Part shown: piece by piece, positions 10,628 to 19,847 of the stretch
How positions within the stretch are numbered: position 1 is the first letter of the stretch
Layout: every line of letters starts with the position of its first letter
From: Candidatus Magasanikbacteria bacterium CG_4_10_14_0_2_um_filter_41_10
GTDB lineage: Bacteria; Patescibacteriota; Patescibacteriia; Magasanikbacterales; UBA922
Length of the DNA: 36,437 nt
Assembly: GCA_002792995.1 (NCBI GenBank)
Contig: PFPJ01000064.1
Coordinates: forward strand, 1-36,437
Direction: 5' to 3'
Notes under the pieces: model-generated
What the model saw: only the letters and a program-made list of their open reading frames with translations
Told to the model about the DNA's origin: nothing
Databases searched by the model: none
Position numbers and translations under genes: made by a program

Positions 10628-11437
10628 ATGCTTACCATCATCACGTCAATATACAAATCAGAAACGTATCTAAAAAAATATACTGATCATCTTATGCGTG
10701 TTGGTGATGTTTTGTCACAACAACTAGATTTTGAGTGTATTGTGATAGCAAATGATCCATCACAAAAGGAAATTGATGCCTTTCATACGTTTCAAGGAAA
10801 AAAATGGTTTACCTTTATGCCCGTCCCTCGTGAACCATTGTATGCAACATGGAATCGTGGAATATCTATGGCAAAAGGAAATGTCATTGGTTTTTGGAAT
10901 GTAGATGACATAAGATATGCGGAGGCACTGCTTGATGGTGTGCATCTCATACAAAATGGAGCAGATCTTGTTTATTTTCCATTTACCATATCATGGTATG
11001 TAAATGTATTTGGAACAAGTTTCCTTGTAAAAAAGAAAGAGATTAAACCAGACCAGTTTGAGAGAGCAAAATTTGTGACGGGTATGCACTGTGGACCATT
11101 TTTTCTTTTTTCAAGAGACTTATATGAACGTGTGGGAGCGTTTGATGAACAATTTCGTATTGCCGGTGATTTTGATTGGTGTGTAAGAGCCGCTACCGTA
11201 TCTGAAAAATTTCGTCTATCTTCTATGCACGCAGGAATATTTCGAGTTGATGGAGGAGGCTTAAGTGCAGGGGGAAAACGTCGGTTACAGTTAGAAAATA
11301 GTGTTGTCTTTAAAAGACACGCAATTCCTATTGATGTGGGAGGTTTGACAGATGCTGAAATAAGCTCCTTTAATGAAAAAAAAATGTTATATAAAGGCAA
11401 ATATATTGATGTATTTCCTTTTGACAAAGTTGCTTAA
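10628..11437 (+). CDS. GT2 glycosyltransferase
   Basis: Motifs LTIITSIY, YATWNRGI, WNVDD, GAFDEQF.IAGDFDW. Confidence 0.8.
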   Translation: MLTIITSIYKSETYLKKYTDHLMRVGDVLSQQLDFECIVIANDPSQKEIDAFHTFQGKKWFTFMPVPREPLYATWNRGISMAKGNVIGFWNVDDIRYAEALLDGVHLIQNGADLVYFPFTISWYVNVFGTSFLVKKKEIKPDQFERAKFVTGMHCGPFFLFSRDLYERVGAFDEQFRIAGDFDWCVRAATVSEKFRLSSMHAGIFRVDGGGLSAGGKRRLQLENSVVFKRHAIPIDVGGLTDAEISSFNEKKMLYKGKYIDVFPFDKVA

Positions 11438-11449
11438 TATTGATAGGCT
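11421..11449 (+). promoter_or_regulatory. Candidate internal sigma70 promoter
   Basis: TTGACA (11421-26), 17-nt spacer, TAGGCT (11444-49), with TGn immediately before the -10 box. Upstream of the ATG at 11476. Confidence 0.5.
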
Positions 11450-11475
11450 TGATTATATTTTATGAGTTTACCTCT

Positions 11476-12462
11476 ATGATAGAAGAATCAAATAATAAAA
11501 AAACAGCCCTCGTGTGTGGTGCTGGGGGTTTTATCGGTGGACATTTGGTAAAAAGGCTCAAAAAAGAAGGTTTTTGGGTAAGAGGAGTGGACATTAAAGA
11601 GCATGAATTTTCAAAAACAGAGGCTGATGAATTTGTTGTCGGTGACTTACGTGATCCTAGAGTTGTTGAAAAAGTGATTGATATGCCTTTTGATGAAGTC
11701 TACCAATTGGCAGCGGATATGGGGGGAGCAGGATATGTGTTTAGTGGTAAACATGATGCAGATGTCATGCATAATTCAGCATTATGTAATTTGAATGTAA
11801 TGCATTATGGACAAATAGCGGGCGTAAAAAAAATATTCTATTCTTCATCTGCATGTATTTATCCAGAATATAACCAGATGGATCCAAATAATCCAACATG
11901 TTCTGAGGACTCAGCGTATCCTGCCGCACCTGATAGTGAATATGGGTGGGAAAAGCTATTTAGTGAAAGGATGTTTTTTTCCTATCACAGAAATTATAAT
12001 GTCGATGTCCGTGTTGCGAGATTTCATAATATTTTTGGACCAGAAGGTACCTGGAATAATGGAAAGGAAAAGGCTCCTGCAGCTATGTGTCGGAAGGTCT
12101 CGGAAGCCTCTGACGGAGATGCCATTGAAGTCTGGGGTGATGGAGAACAAACAAGATCTTTCTTATATATCGATGAATGTCTTGATGCTGTGCGAAGATT
12201 TATGGATTCTGACTTCATAGGACCCTTGAATATTGGATCTCGAGAAATGATTTCCATAAATGGATTGGTAGACATGGTTATGAATATCGCGGGGAAGCAA
12301 TTGCCTATTACACATATTGATGGACCTTTGGGAGTTCGTGGAAGAACGTCTGACAATACGTTAATAAAAGAAAAATTACATTGGGAACCAACGGAGTCTC
12401 TTAGAAGTGGGATGGAAAAAACGTACCATTGGATTGATGAACAAGTTAAAAAGAATAAATAA
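11476..12462 (+). CDS. GDP-mannose 3,5-epimerase (GME)-like SDR
   Basis: Motifs GAGGFIG, LAADMGGAG, YSSSACIYP (catalytic Cys), YGWEK, RFHNIFGPEGTW..GKEKAPAA.CRK (catalytic Lys). ATG 11476 is preferred over TTG 11440. Confidence 0.85.
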   Translation: MIEESNNKKTALVCGAGGFIGGHLVKRLKKEGFWVRGVDIKEHEFSKTEADEFVVGDLRDPRVVEKVIDMPFDEVYQLAADMGGAGYVFSGKHDADVMHNSALCNLNVMHYGQIAGVKKIFYSSSACIYPEYNQMDPNNPTCSEDSAYPAAPDSEYGWEKLFSERMFFSYHRNYNVDVRVARFHNIFGPEGTWNNGKEKAPAAMCRKVSEASDGDAIEVWGDGEQTRSFLYIDECLDAVRRFMDSDFIGPLNIGSREMISINGLVDMVMNIAGKQLPITHIDGPLGVRGRTSDNTLIKEKLHWEPTESLRSGMEKTYHWIDEQVKKNK

Positions 12463-12472
12463 TTGAGATTTT

Positions 12473-13405
12473 ATGAGGCTTGTTATTTTGGACAAATCTC
12501 CTAGATTTGAATTATGTTCACGCGAAAAGTGTAAACGAATTGGTCGTTTAATATTCAGAAAAATTAGAGGCCCCCAATCGCTTATACAAAGTTTACTTCT
12601 TGGTTTAGATGATCTTAGATACGAATATATATATAATCCTAAATACGATCAAATAAGGAAGGACGATGTTGTCTATGTGACAGGAAGTATGAGTGCATTG
12701 AAATTTGCATTAGAATTAAAACGTGAAGGGAAAATAAAAAAATTAATTGCAGGTCCTACTTTGGTTGTTACGCCCGATGAACATGGAGGAATCATAAAAG
12801 ATAAAAATATTGACATATATTTGGTTCCATCTGCGTGGACAAAAGATTTTTATGCATCATTTGGTGATGAAGAACTAAATAGGAAGTTGCAAATCTGTCC
12901 GACTGGTGTTTCTTTGCCCGACAAATTGAGTAAAAAACGTGATTCCTTTTGTCTGATTTATAATAAAATTTCAGATACTGAGATACTCGAGAATGTAACG
13001 CAATATTTAAAAAAAGTAAATATTCCAGTTCAGATGCTTACGTACGGAAAATACAAGAAAAAAAATTATTTTTCTTCTTTAAAAAAAGCATCCTTCATGA
13101 TTTATTTCTCAGAAATTGAAAGTCAGGGAATTGCGTTATTAGAGGCCTGGGCACACGATATTCCTACGTTAGTGTGGAATAATGATAGATACACCTTTGC
13201 AAAAATACATAAAACAGTTTCAGGGCCAATTTCAGCACCCTATTTAACTGATGCGTGTGGAGTTTTTTTTAAAAAAAATGACATAAAAGAAAAGTTTGAG
13301 TATGTTATCGGAAATTTGAATACTTTCCATCCACGTTTATTTGTTGAACATAATTTTACCAATAAAATATGTGCTCAAAATTTTTTAGATATAATTACTA
13401 AATAA
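12473..13405 (+). CDS. GT-B glycosyltransferase (GT4-like)
   Basis: Has the EX7E motif ESQGIALLEAWAHDIP and LVPSAW. Confidence 0.7.
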   Translation: MRLVILDKSPRFELCSREKCKRIGRLIFRKIRGPQSLIQSLLLGLDDLRYEYIYNPKYDQIRKDDVVYVTGSMSALKFALELKREGKIKKLIAGPTLVVTPDEHGGIIKDKNIDIYLVPSAWTKDFYASFGDEELNRKLQICPTGVSLPDKLSKKRDSFCLIYNKISDTEILENVTQYLKKVNIPVQMLTYGKYKKKNYFSSLKKASFMIYFSEIESQGIALLEAWAHDIPTLVWNNDRYTFAKIHKTVSGPISAPYLTDACGVFFKKNDIKEKFEYVIGNLNTFHPRLFVEHNFTNKICAQNFLDIITK

Positions 13406-13407
13406 GT

Positions 13408-14337
13408 ATGTTGAATCAGCAAGAACGTGAACAATTGAAAACAAAGATTTTGAAAAATAATGAGTTGTATGTGTTGCAATATAGCCGGTTGCGCCGCTTG
13501 CTTAAGGATCCTTTCCGAACCTCTCTATTTTATTGTATAGCTCTTTTTGCAAGAATTCATCCGTACAAGATACATGCTCGGACATTGTGGAACGATACCA
13601 TGACTTATTTTCTTCCAGAAGGACAAGCTATCTATTATTATGGTTTTTTTGAAGCAAACTTGACCAATTTTTTAATTAATTTTTTACAAGAAGGAGATAC
13701 ATTTGTGGATATTGGGGCTCATGTAGGATATTACAGTGTACTTTCATCTCGCCTTGTCGGAGACAGTGGTCATGTCCACAGCTTTGAACCAACACCAAGA
13801 ACATTTATATCACTGGAAGAAAATACACGTCATCTTCACAATGTTAGTATAAACAATGTCGCCTTATTAAATGAAGAAAAAGAAATTGAATTTATTGATT
13901 ATGGTCCTAAAAATAGTGCGTTCAATGGATTTAAAAGACGTATTTCAGAAGAAATGAATTTTTTAAAAAAAGATGATTCTGCAATAAAAGTGAAAGCAAT
14001 CGCATTGGACTCCTATTGTCGTAAAAATAATTTACAACCAACATTTATTAAGATAGATGCAGAAGGTGCTGAAAGTTTAATATTATCAGGCATGACATAT
14101 GTCATGAGTGAATTGCGACCAATTATTAGCATTGAAGTCGCAGGAGGAGAAGAATGGAAAGCAAATTGTAAAAACTCGATAGAGATGTTACTTTCTCATG
14201 ATTTTGTAGCATATGAAAGCACGCTTGTCGGAGGTCTTAAGAAGCATGTCCAACAAGTACAGTATAAGTATGACAACTTGATATGTATTCCAAAAGAAAA
14301 AGAAGAAGAAGTTGTAACTCGCATGTTGAAATATTAA
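13408..14337 (+). CDS. FkbM-family methyltransferase
   Basis: Motifs FVDIGAHVGYYS, SFEP and FIKIDAEGAE. Confidence 0.9.
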   Translation: MLNQQEREQLKTKILKNNELYVLQYSRLRRLLKDPFRTSLFYCIALFARIHPYKIHARTLWNDTMTYFLPEGQAIYYYGFFEANLTNFLINFLQEGDTFVDIGAHVGYYSVLSSRLVGDSGHVHSFEPTPRTFISLEENTRHLHNVSINNVALLNEEKEIEFIDYGPKNSAFNGFKRRISEEMNFLKKDDSAIKVKAIALDSYCRKNNLQPTFIKIDAEGAESLILSGMTYVMSELRPIISIEVAGGEEWKANCKNSIEMLLSHDFVAYESTLVGGLKKHVQQVQYKYDNLICIPKEKEEEVVTRMLKY

Positions 14338-14343
14338 ACGTAT

Positions 14344-15198
14344 ATGATAATTGTAAAGTTGAGTGCAGGATTGGGAAATCAAATGTTTCAGTATGCACTT
14401 GGAAGACGATTGTCGCTTGATTGGGGAGATGAATTGCTATTTGATTCTTCGTGGTTTTATTCTACGCGTGAAGGGGAAACACCTCGAGAGTTGGAATTAC
14501 ACAAATTCCATCTTCTCCTTCCTGAAGCACATCCTGCAGATATTGAGAAAGCAAAGCCATGTACGTTTATAAAAATAGTGAAAAAGGTTAAGGCACGTTT
14601 AGATAAAAATGTGTTTTACAGATTTAACAAAACATTGTTGAAAAAAAGAAAATATGTTTATTTGGATGGTTACTTTCAAAGTTATAAATATTTTGAATCA
14701 ATTAGAGAGACACTTCTCACTGATTTCATATTAACCGATGGATATTCTGACGATGCATATACAACAAAGCAAGAGATTGAAAGAGTTGGAGAATCCGTGT
14801 CTATTCATATTCGACGAGGTGATTTTGCGTCTACCTGTAAAACTTGGAATGGTCTTTGTTCCATTGACTATTATCAGAAGGCTCTCGCTACGATACAAAA
14901 AACACATCCTCTTGTTACAGTATTTATTTTTTCTGACGATATAAAATGGGCAAAGGAGAATTTATATTTCGATGCTGTTCCTATGGTTTTTGTATCACGC
15001 CCTAGTTTGAGTGCTACTGAAGAATTATCCTTGATGAGTTTATGTAAACATCAAATTATTGCGAATAGTACGTTTAGTTGGTGGGCTGCGTGGTTAAATA
15101 AAAATGTGGAAAAGATTGTTGTAGCGCCAAGTCGTTGGCTTGTGGTTTCAAACATTGACACCGTAGATCTTTTACCACCTAATTGGATACAAATATAA
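14344..15198 (+). CDS. GT11 alpha-1,2-fucosyltransferase-family protein
   Basis: Motifs GLGNQMFQYA, GYFQS.KYF, HIRRGD, FSDD..W and IANSTFSWWAAWL. Confidence 0.92.
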   Translation: MIIVKLSAGLGNQMFQYALGRRLSLDWGDELLFDSSWFYSTREGETPRELELHKFHLLLPEAHPADIEKAKPCTFIKIVKKVKARLDKNVFYRFNKTLLKKRKYVYLDGYFQSYKYFESIRETLLTDFILTDGYSDDAYTTKQEIERVGESVSIHIRRGDFASTCKTWNGLCSIDYYQKALATIQKTHPLVTVFIFSDDIKWAKENLYFDAVPMVFVSRPSLSATEELSLMSLCKHQIIANSTFSWWAAWLNKNVEKIVVAPSRWLVVSNIDTVDLLPPNWIQI

Positions 15199-15222
15199 CA
15201 TGTTTGTATTATTCCTTATTTT

Positions 15223-15981
15223 GTGAAAGTTAGCATTTGTGTAATTACGTATAATAGAGAAAAATTTATTGCAGAAGCAATAGACAGTATTTTGTTTCAA
15301 ACATTTCAGAATTGGGAACTTGTGATTGTTGATGATGGCTCACAGGACGATACTGAACAGATTGTGAAAACGTATAAAGATCCTCGTATTAGCTATGTAC
15401 GAAATGATACAAATCAAGGAATTGTTGCCTCACGAAATACGGCGTTGGCGCAGGCTACTGGGGAATATATTGCTGTACTGGATAGTGATGATATATGGAA
15501 TGACCCTACAAAACTTGCCACACAAGTTGCATTTCTTGACTCACATGCGGAGTATGCACTCGTAGGATGCGCTAATATTCAAATCATTGATGGGCAGGGA
15601 ACCGTGGTCAGCGACATGTTTCAGCCAGTGGAGGATTCTGAAATCAGAAAGCACATGTTATATAAAAATCCGTTTACTCACTCAAGCATCCTTTTTCGTA
15701 GAAGTGTTATATCAGAAATGGGATCATACCATGATTATGCTGTTGGAGAAGATTATGAATTGTGTTTACGCATCGGTATGAAATACAAGATGAAAAATAT
15801 AGCGGATCTTTCTATGCAATATCGAAAGCATAGTGGAAATATCTCTGTACAAAAAAGAATGCAAGCCCTTCGATTGAATATTGCAATCATACGCACATAC
15901 AAAGAAGCCTATCCACGATTTTTTATGTCAATCTTTCGAAGATATATTCGTTTTGTTATTGGTCTGTGCGTGTTGTCATAA
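15223..15981 (+). CDS. GT2 glycosyltransferase
   Basis: GTG start. Motifs VSICVITYNR, VDDGSQD, LDSDD and EDYEL. Confidence 0.88.
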   Translation: MKVSICVITYNREKFIAEAIDSILFQTFQNWELVIVDDGSQDDTEQIVKTYKDPRISYVRNDTNQGIVASRNTALAQATGEYIAVLDSDDIWNDPTKLATQVAFLDSHAEYALVGCANIQIIDGQGTVVSDMFQPVEDSEIRKHMLYKNPFTHSSILFRRSVISEMGSYHDYAVGEDYELCLRIGMKYKMKNIADLSMQYRKHSGNISVQKRMQALRLNIAIIRTYKEAYPRFFMSIFRRYIRFVIGLCVLS

Positions 15982-15982
15982 T

Positions 15983-17068
15983 ATGAACATTCTTTATCTC
16001 ATTACAAAATCAGAAGCAGGCGGGGCTCAAACGCATGTATATCAATTGTGTCAGGCGTTTCGAGACACACATACTCTCACTGTCGTCGCAAACCCTGGAG
16101 GATGGTTGGAGGAAGAATGCAAAAAATTGCACGTATCTTTTATCCCGAACACGTATTTTTCAAATAATCTCAATCCTTTGCGTGTATTGAAATCTTTTTT
16201 TACGATAAAAAAAATTATACATGAGGTGAAACCAGACATTGTTCATTGTCATAGCTCAGTGGCTGGTTTTTTGGGTCGTCTTGCCGTCAGAAAAAAGATT
16301 CCCACTGTCTATACTGCGCATGGATGGGGATTTAATATTGGTGTAGGTGCTCTTCAAAAATGGGTGGCTATTGTTTCAGAAAAAATTGTAGCAAACTATA
16401 CTGACAAAATTATTTGTGTTTCAGAATTTGTTAAAGAATTGGGTGTGCAGTACCGGATTACCTCGCCTGATGCCTTTGTCGTTATTTATAATGGTGTGGA
16501 ACTCCAACCTCGAATAAAAAACGAACATCATGATGTTCGTATTACATGTGTAGGACGATTGGCTCCTCCAAAAAGACCATTGGTATTACTCGAGGCGATA
16601 TCCTTATTCACACCAGAAATGCAACGAGACCTATATACACGCGTTGTGGGCAAGGGGCCCCAGATGGACCAGCTTGTAACATACATCACGTCAAAAAAAA
16701 TCCAGCATATTGAACTGATGGGAAGCTTGTCTCGAGAGAGGATATTTGATATTCTTCATAACTCAGATATCTTTGTGTTCCTTTCTGACTGGGAAGGATT
16801 TCCTATTTCTATTCTAGAGGCCATGAGCTGTGGATTGCCCATTGTGAGTTCTAATGTTGGCGGTATACGAGAAATGGTGGATGATAAAAATGGTATTTTA
16901 TTGGCACAAACTACTCCTGAGTTGGTGGCAGCAAGTCTAGAGCGCCTCGTAACTGATAGAAAGACACGCAAATACATGGGAGAGATGTCATCTCAGATTG
17001 TCAAAGAACGATTTACGGTAGAGCATATGGTGCATCAGATACAACAGGTATATGATGATCTTGTTTGA
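15983..17068 (+). CDS. GT4 glycosyltransferase
   Basis: Start at MNILYLITKSEAGGAQ. Motifs VHCHSS.AG, YTAHGWGF and EGFPISILEAMSCGLP. Confidence 0.9.
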   Translation: MNILYLITKSEAGGAQTHVYQLCQAFRDTHTLTVVANPGGWLEEECKKLHVSFIPNTYFSNNLNPLRVLKSFFTIKKIIHEVKPDIVHCHSSVAGFLGRLAVRKKIPTVYTAHGWGFNIGVGALQKWVAIVSEKIVANYTDKIICVSEFVKELGVQYRITSPDAFVVIYNGVELQPRIKNEHHDVRITCVGRLAPPKRPLVLLEAISLFTPEMQRDLYTRVVGKGPQMDQLVTYITSKKIQHIELMGSLSRERIFDILHNSDIFVFLSDWEGFPISILEAMSCGLPIVSSNVGGIREMVDDKNGILLAQTTPELVAASLERLVTDRKTRKYMGEMSSQIVKERFTVEHMVHQIQQVYDDLV

Positions 17069-17080
17069 TAAAAAGTATAT

Positions 17081-18466
17081 ATGAACGTGTTATATATCGG
17101 TGCTGGTTTTGTTGGCGTGTGTTCTGCTGCTGTTGCTGCAGATGGGGGACATACGGCACTTGTTGTTGATATTGATGAAAAAAAAGTACAAGCATTTGCA
17201 AGTGGCGATAAAAAAAGAATTGACGACTGTTTGTCCGAAAAAGGATTGACTGATCTTCTCATCACTCATGCTGACCGTATTCGGTTTACGACATCATACG
17301 ATGATGTCGATGTATTTTTGGATACGTGTGATCTCATTTTCATCTGTCTGCCTACACCTGAAGTTGCTGAAACTGGTGAAAGTGATTTGTCGTATTATTA
17401 TGCAGGAGTAGAAAAAATTGCATTGTCATTAGCCTTACGAAATAATAGCGCACAAACGCAATATATTGTTATCGTAAATAAAAGTACAGTTCCCATTGAC
17501 ATGGCAGATGAAACACAACGTGTGCTCGATAGCCATGGAGTCACACACGTAGGAGTTGTTTCGAATCCAGAATTTCTTGTCGAAGGTAAGGCTATTGAGG
17601 GATCACTACATCCTGACAGAATTGTGATTGGTGCCTGGACTGAGACAGATTTTTCGTTGTTGCGTATATTTTATACACGCTTTGTTGACGTCTCAGAAAC
17701 GCAGTATATTGAAGTCAACCCAAAAGAAGCTGCGGCGGGGAAATTGTTGGCAAATTATTATCTTTTTGCAAAACTTGCTGTGTGTTTTGATGTTATTGGA
17801 AGAACGTCAGAATCATTTGCCGATATTCAATTTGAATCATTGAAAAAAATAATTTCAAGTGATGCGCGTATTGGTAGTTGGGGATTCCATGATAGCTTGT
17901 ATGCAGGCGGAAGTTGTTTGATAAAAGACACTCGATCATTGGCATACCAGCTCCACGCAGTGGGGCAAGATGTGTCATTACTTCAAGAAACGTACCTGGC
18001 CAACAATCGACAATTGGATCTTTTTTTAGCTCGAGCAACCACGGAAGCTGGGATCGTATGGAAAGGAAAAAAAATAGCATTGCTTGGAACCGCATTTAAA
18101 CGTGATACCAATGATGTCCGAAATTCGCCAAGTTTTCATATTGTAGAAGTATGTCAGGAACAGCAGGTGTCACAGATCCATATTTATGATCCTTCTGCCA
18201 TGTCAACATTTCAGCAAAGAGTTCTCCCTTCTGATCAGATTCAATACGTGGACAGTGCAGAGATGGCTGTCAATCAAGCTGATATTATTATTATTGCCAC
18301 GGATTGGCCCTCATTTAGAGATATATCAACCATTGTAATGAAGCAAGAAAAAAAACCATTGATTATGGATGGACGACGTCTGTTGCAAGAGGACTATGCA
18401 GTATTACGTCAGCATGGATGTGATATTATTGCTGTTGGGTCTCCCTTCTTGCCAAAACAGGTGTAG
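17081..18466 (+). CDS. ugd: UDP-glucose/GDP-mannose 6-dehydrogenase
   Basis: Motifs GAGFVG, CLPTP, NKSTVP, SNPEFLVEG, GGSCLIKD (catalytic Cys) and AFKRDTNDVRNSP. Confidence 0.88.
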   Translation: MNVLYIGAGFVGVCSAAVAADGGHTALVVDIDEKKVQAFASGDKKRIDDCLSEKGLTDLLITHADRIRFTTSYDDVDVFLDTCDLIFICLPTPEVAETGESDLSYYYAGVEKIALSLALRNNSAQTQYIVIVNKSTVPIDMADETQRVLDSHGVTHVGVVSNPEFLVEGKAIEGSLHPDRIVIGAWTETDFSLLRIFYTRFVDVSETQYIEVNPKEAAAGKLLANYYLFAKLAVCFDVIGRTSESFADIQFESLKKIISSDARIGSWGFHDSLYAGGSCLIKDTRSLAYQLHAVGQDVSLLQETYLANNRQLDLFLARATTEAGIVWKGKKIALLGTAFKRDTNDVRNSPSFHIVEVCQEQQVSQIHIYDPSAMSTFQQRVLPSDQIQYVDSAEMAVNQADIIIIATDWPSFRDISTIVMKQEKKPLIMDGRRLLQEDYAVLRQHGCDIIAVGSPFLPKQV

Positions 18467-18511
18467 ATGTGGCATTGTACATATACGTTTTTAGTTTAAC
18501 TCATAGATAGT

Positions 18512-19411
18512 ATGGCACGTTGTCTTGTTACTGGAGGAGCTGGGTTTATAGGCTCTCATCTTACTGATCAGCTTTTGGCTGATGGACATGAAGTTCTTGT
18601 GATTGATAGTTTGCTCTTGGGTAAGCGTGAATTTGTTGCAAAAGAAGCTACCTTTCACCAGATAGATATTAGAGAGCTCGCAACAATGAAACCCTTGTTT
18701 GAAGGGATCGATGTGGTATTTCATCTCGCTGCCGAACCTCGATTGCCTTTGTCTATCGAAGATCCTATTGGTACACATGATGTAAATGTTACAGGCACAC
18801 TTCATGTTTTGGATCTTGCCAGACAAGCTGGCGTGAAAAAGGTTATCATTACGTCTTCTGCAGCTGTGTATGGGGATGAGCCATTACCTATTTCAGAAGA
18901 CACAGTACCGAGACCAAAAAGCCCATATGGTATGCATAAGCATATGGATGAACAATATGCACGGCTTTTCCATGATTTGTATGGACTAGCAACTGTGTCT
19001 CTTCGATATTTCAATGTGTATGGTCCGCGTAAACTTGCAAATGGTGGATACCCTATGGTGATCCCTGTATTCATGCAACAGCGCAAGGATAATCAACCTT
19101 TGACAATGACAGGGGATGGAGAACAAACAAGGGATTATGTGCATGTATCTGATGTTGTTCGTGCTAATATTTTAGCATGGCAATCAGAGGTGGCAAATGG
19201 TGATGCTATAAATATTGCAAGTGGTGTGCAAACCAGTGTCAATGATATCGCAATGCTGATTGGTGGTGATACGACACACGTTTCTGAAAGAAAGGGAGAA
19301 GTACGATTTATGCAGGCAGATATTACAAAAGCAAAAGAACTCCTTGGGTGGGAACCGACGATTGAGCTTGAAGAGGGGATCGCGACGTTGAAGAAAGAAT
19401 GGAAACTTTAG
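18512..19411 (+). CDS. UDP-glucose/UDP-GlcNAc 4-epimerase-like SDR
   Basis: Motifs TGGAGFIGSH, SSAAVYG, SPYGMHK, LRYFNVYGPR and GDGEQTRDY. Confidence 0.85.
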   Translation: MARCLVTGGAGFIGSHLTDQLLADGHEVLVIDSLLLGKREFVAKEATFHQIDIRELATMKPLFEGIDVVFHLAAEPRLPLSIEDPIGTHDVNVTGTLHVLDLARQAGVKKVIITSSAAVYGDEPLPISEDTVPRPKSPYGMHKHMDEQYARLFHDLYGLATVSLRYFNVYGPRKLANGGYPMVIPVFMQQRKDNQPLTMTGDGEQTRDYVHVSDVVRANILAWQSEVANGDAINIASGVQTSVNDIAMLIGGDTTHVSERKGEVRFMQADITKAKELLGWEPTIELEEGIATLKKEWKL

Positions 19412-19445
19412 AATGCAGAATGCAGATTTCAAACTTCAAAATTAT
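19410..19445. repeat. Left heptamer array / inverted-repeat arm
   Basis: agaatgc agaatgc agatttc aaacttc aaaatta. Positions 19423-19445 are the exact reverse complement of 19804-19826. Confidence 0.9.
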
Positions 19446-19447
19446 GT

Positions 19448-19807
19448 ATGCAAAAGGAGGATTTAAAACAAAGGACAAAAGCGTATACATTGCGTGTAAT
19501 AAAACTCGTACAAGCATTACCTGACAACCAAACAAGTTGGGTGATTGGGAAGCAGTTATTACGATCAGGGACTTCTGTAGGAGCAAATTACAGAGCTGCA
19601 TGTCGGGCTCGCTCGACAGCAGAATTTATTGCAAAATTAGGAATCGTTATTGAGGAAGCAGATGAATCCGCATTTTGGCTAGAGCTTATTATCGAATCAG
19701 GTTTGTATAAAAAAGAAGCTATTGAAACACTTCTTCAAGAAACAAATGAGCTTGTCGCAATCATGGTCAGCTCCTCAAACACCGCAAGAAAAAATAACAA
19801 AAAATAA
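19448..19807 (+). CDS. Four-helix bundle protein (23S rRNA IVS protein family, TIGR02436-like)
   Basis: 119 aa with QLLRSGTSVGANYRAA, S.AEFIAKL.IV.EEADES.FWLEL and E.NEL.AI. Confidence 0.92.
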   Translation: MQKEDLKQRTKAYTLRVIKLVQALPDNQTSWVIGKQLLRSGTSVGANYRAACRARSTAEFIAKLGIVIEEADESAFWLELIIESGLYKKEAIETLLQETNELVAIMVSSSNTARKNNKK

Positions 19808-19842
19808 TTTTGAAGTTTGAAATCTGAATGCTACATTCTGCA
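19804..19842. repeat. Right heptamer array / inverted-repeat arm
   Basis: ataattttgaagtttgaaatctg (23-bp perfect inverted repeat), then an extra 7-nt unit aatgcta, then cattctgca, which pairs with 19414-19422. Confidence 0.9.
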
Positions 19843-19847
19843 ATATA

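Noticed and set aside
15881..15982. Upstream extensions of ORF calls (15881, 21250, 21290, 26436, 26812)
   Set aside because: They overlap neighbouring genes or promoters. Family homology starts at the downstream ATGs.
19448..19807. Diversity-generating retroelement suggested by the Avd-like fold
   Set aside because: No reverse transcriptase and no TR/VR repeat pair are visible in the window.
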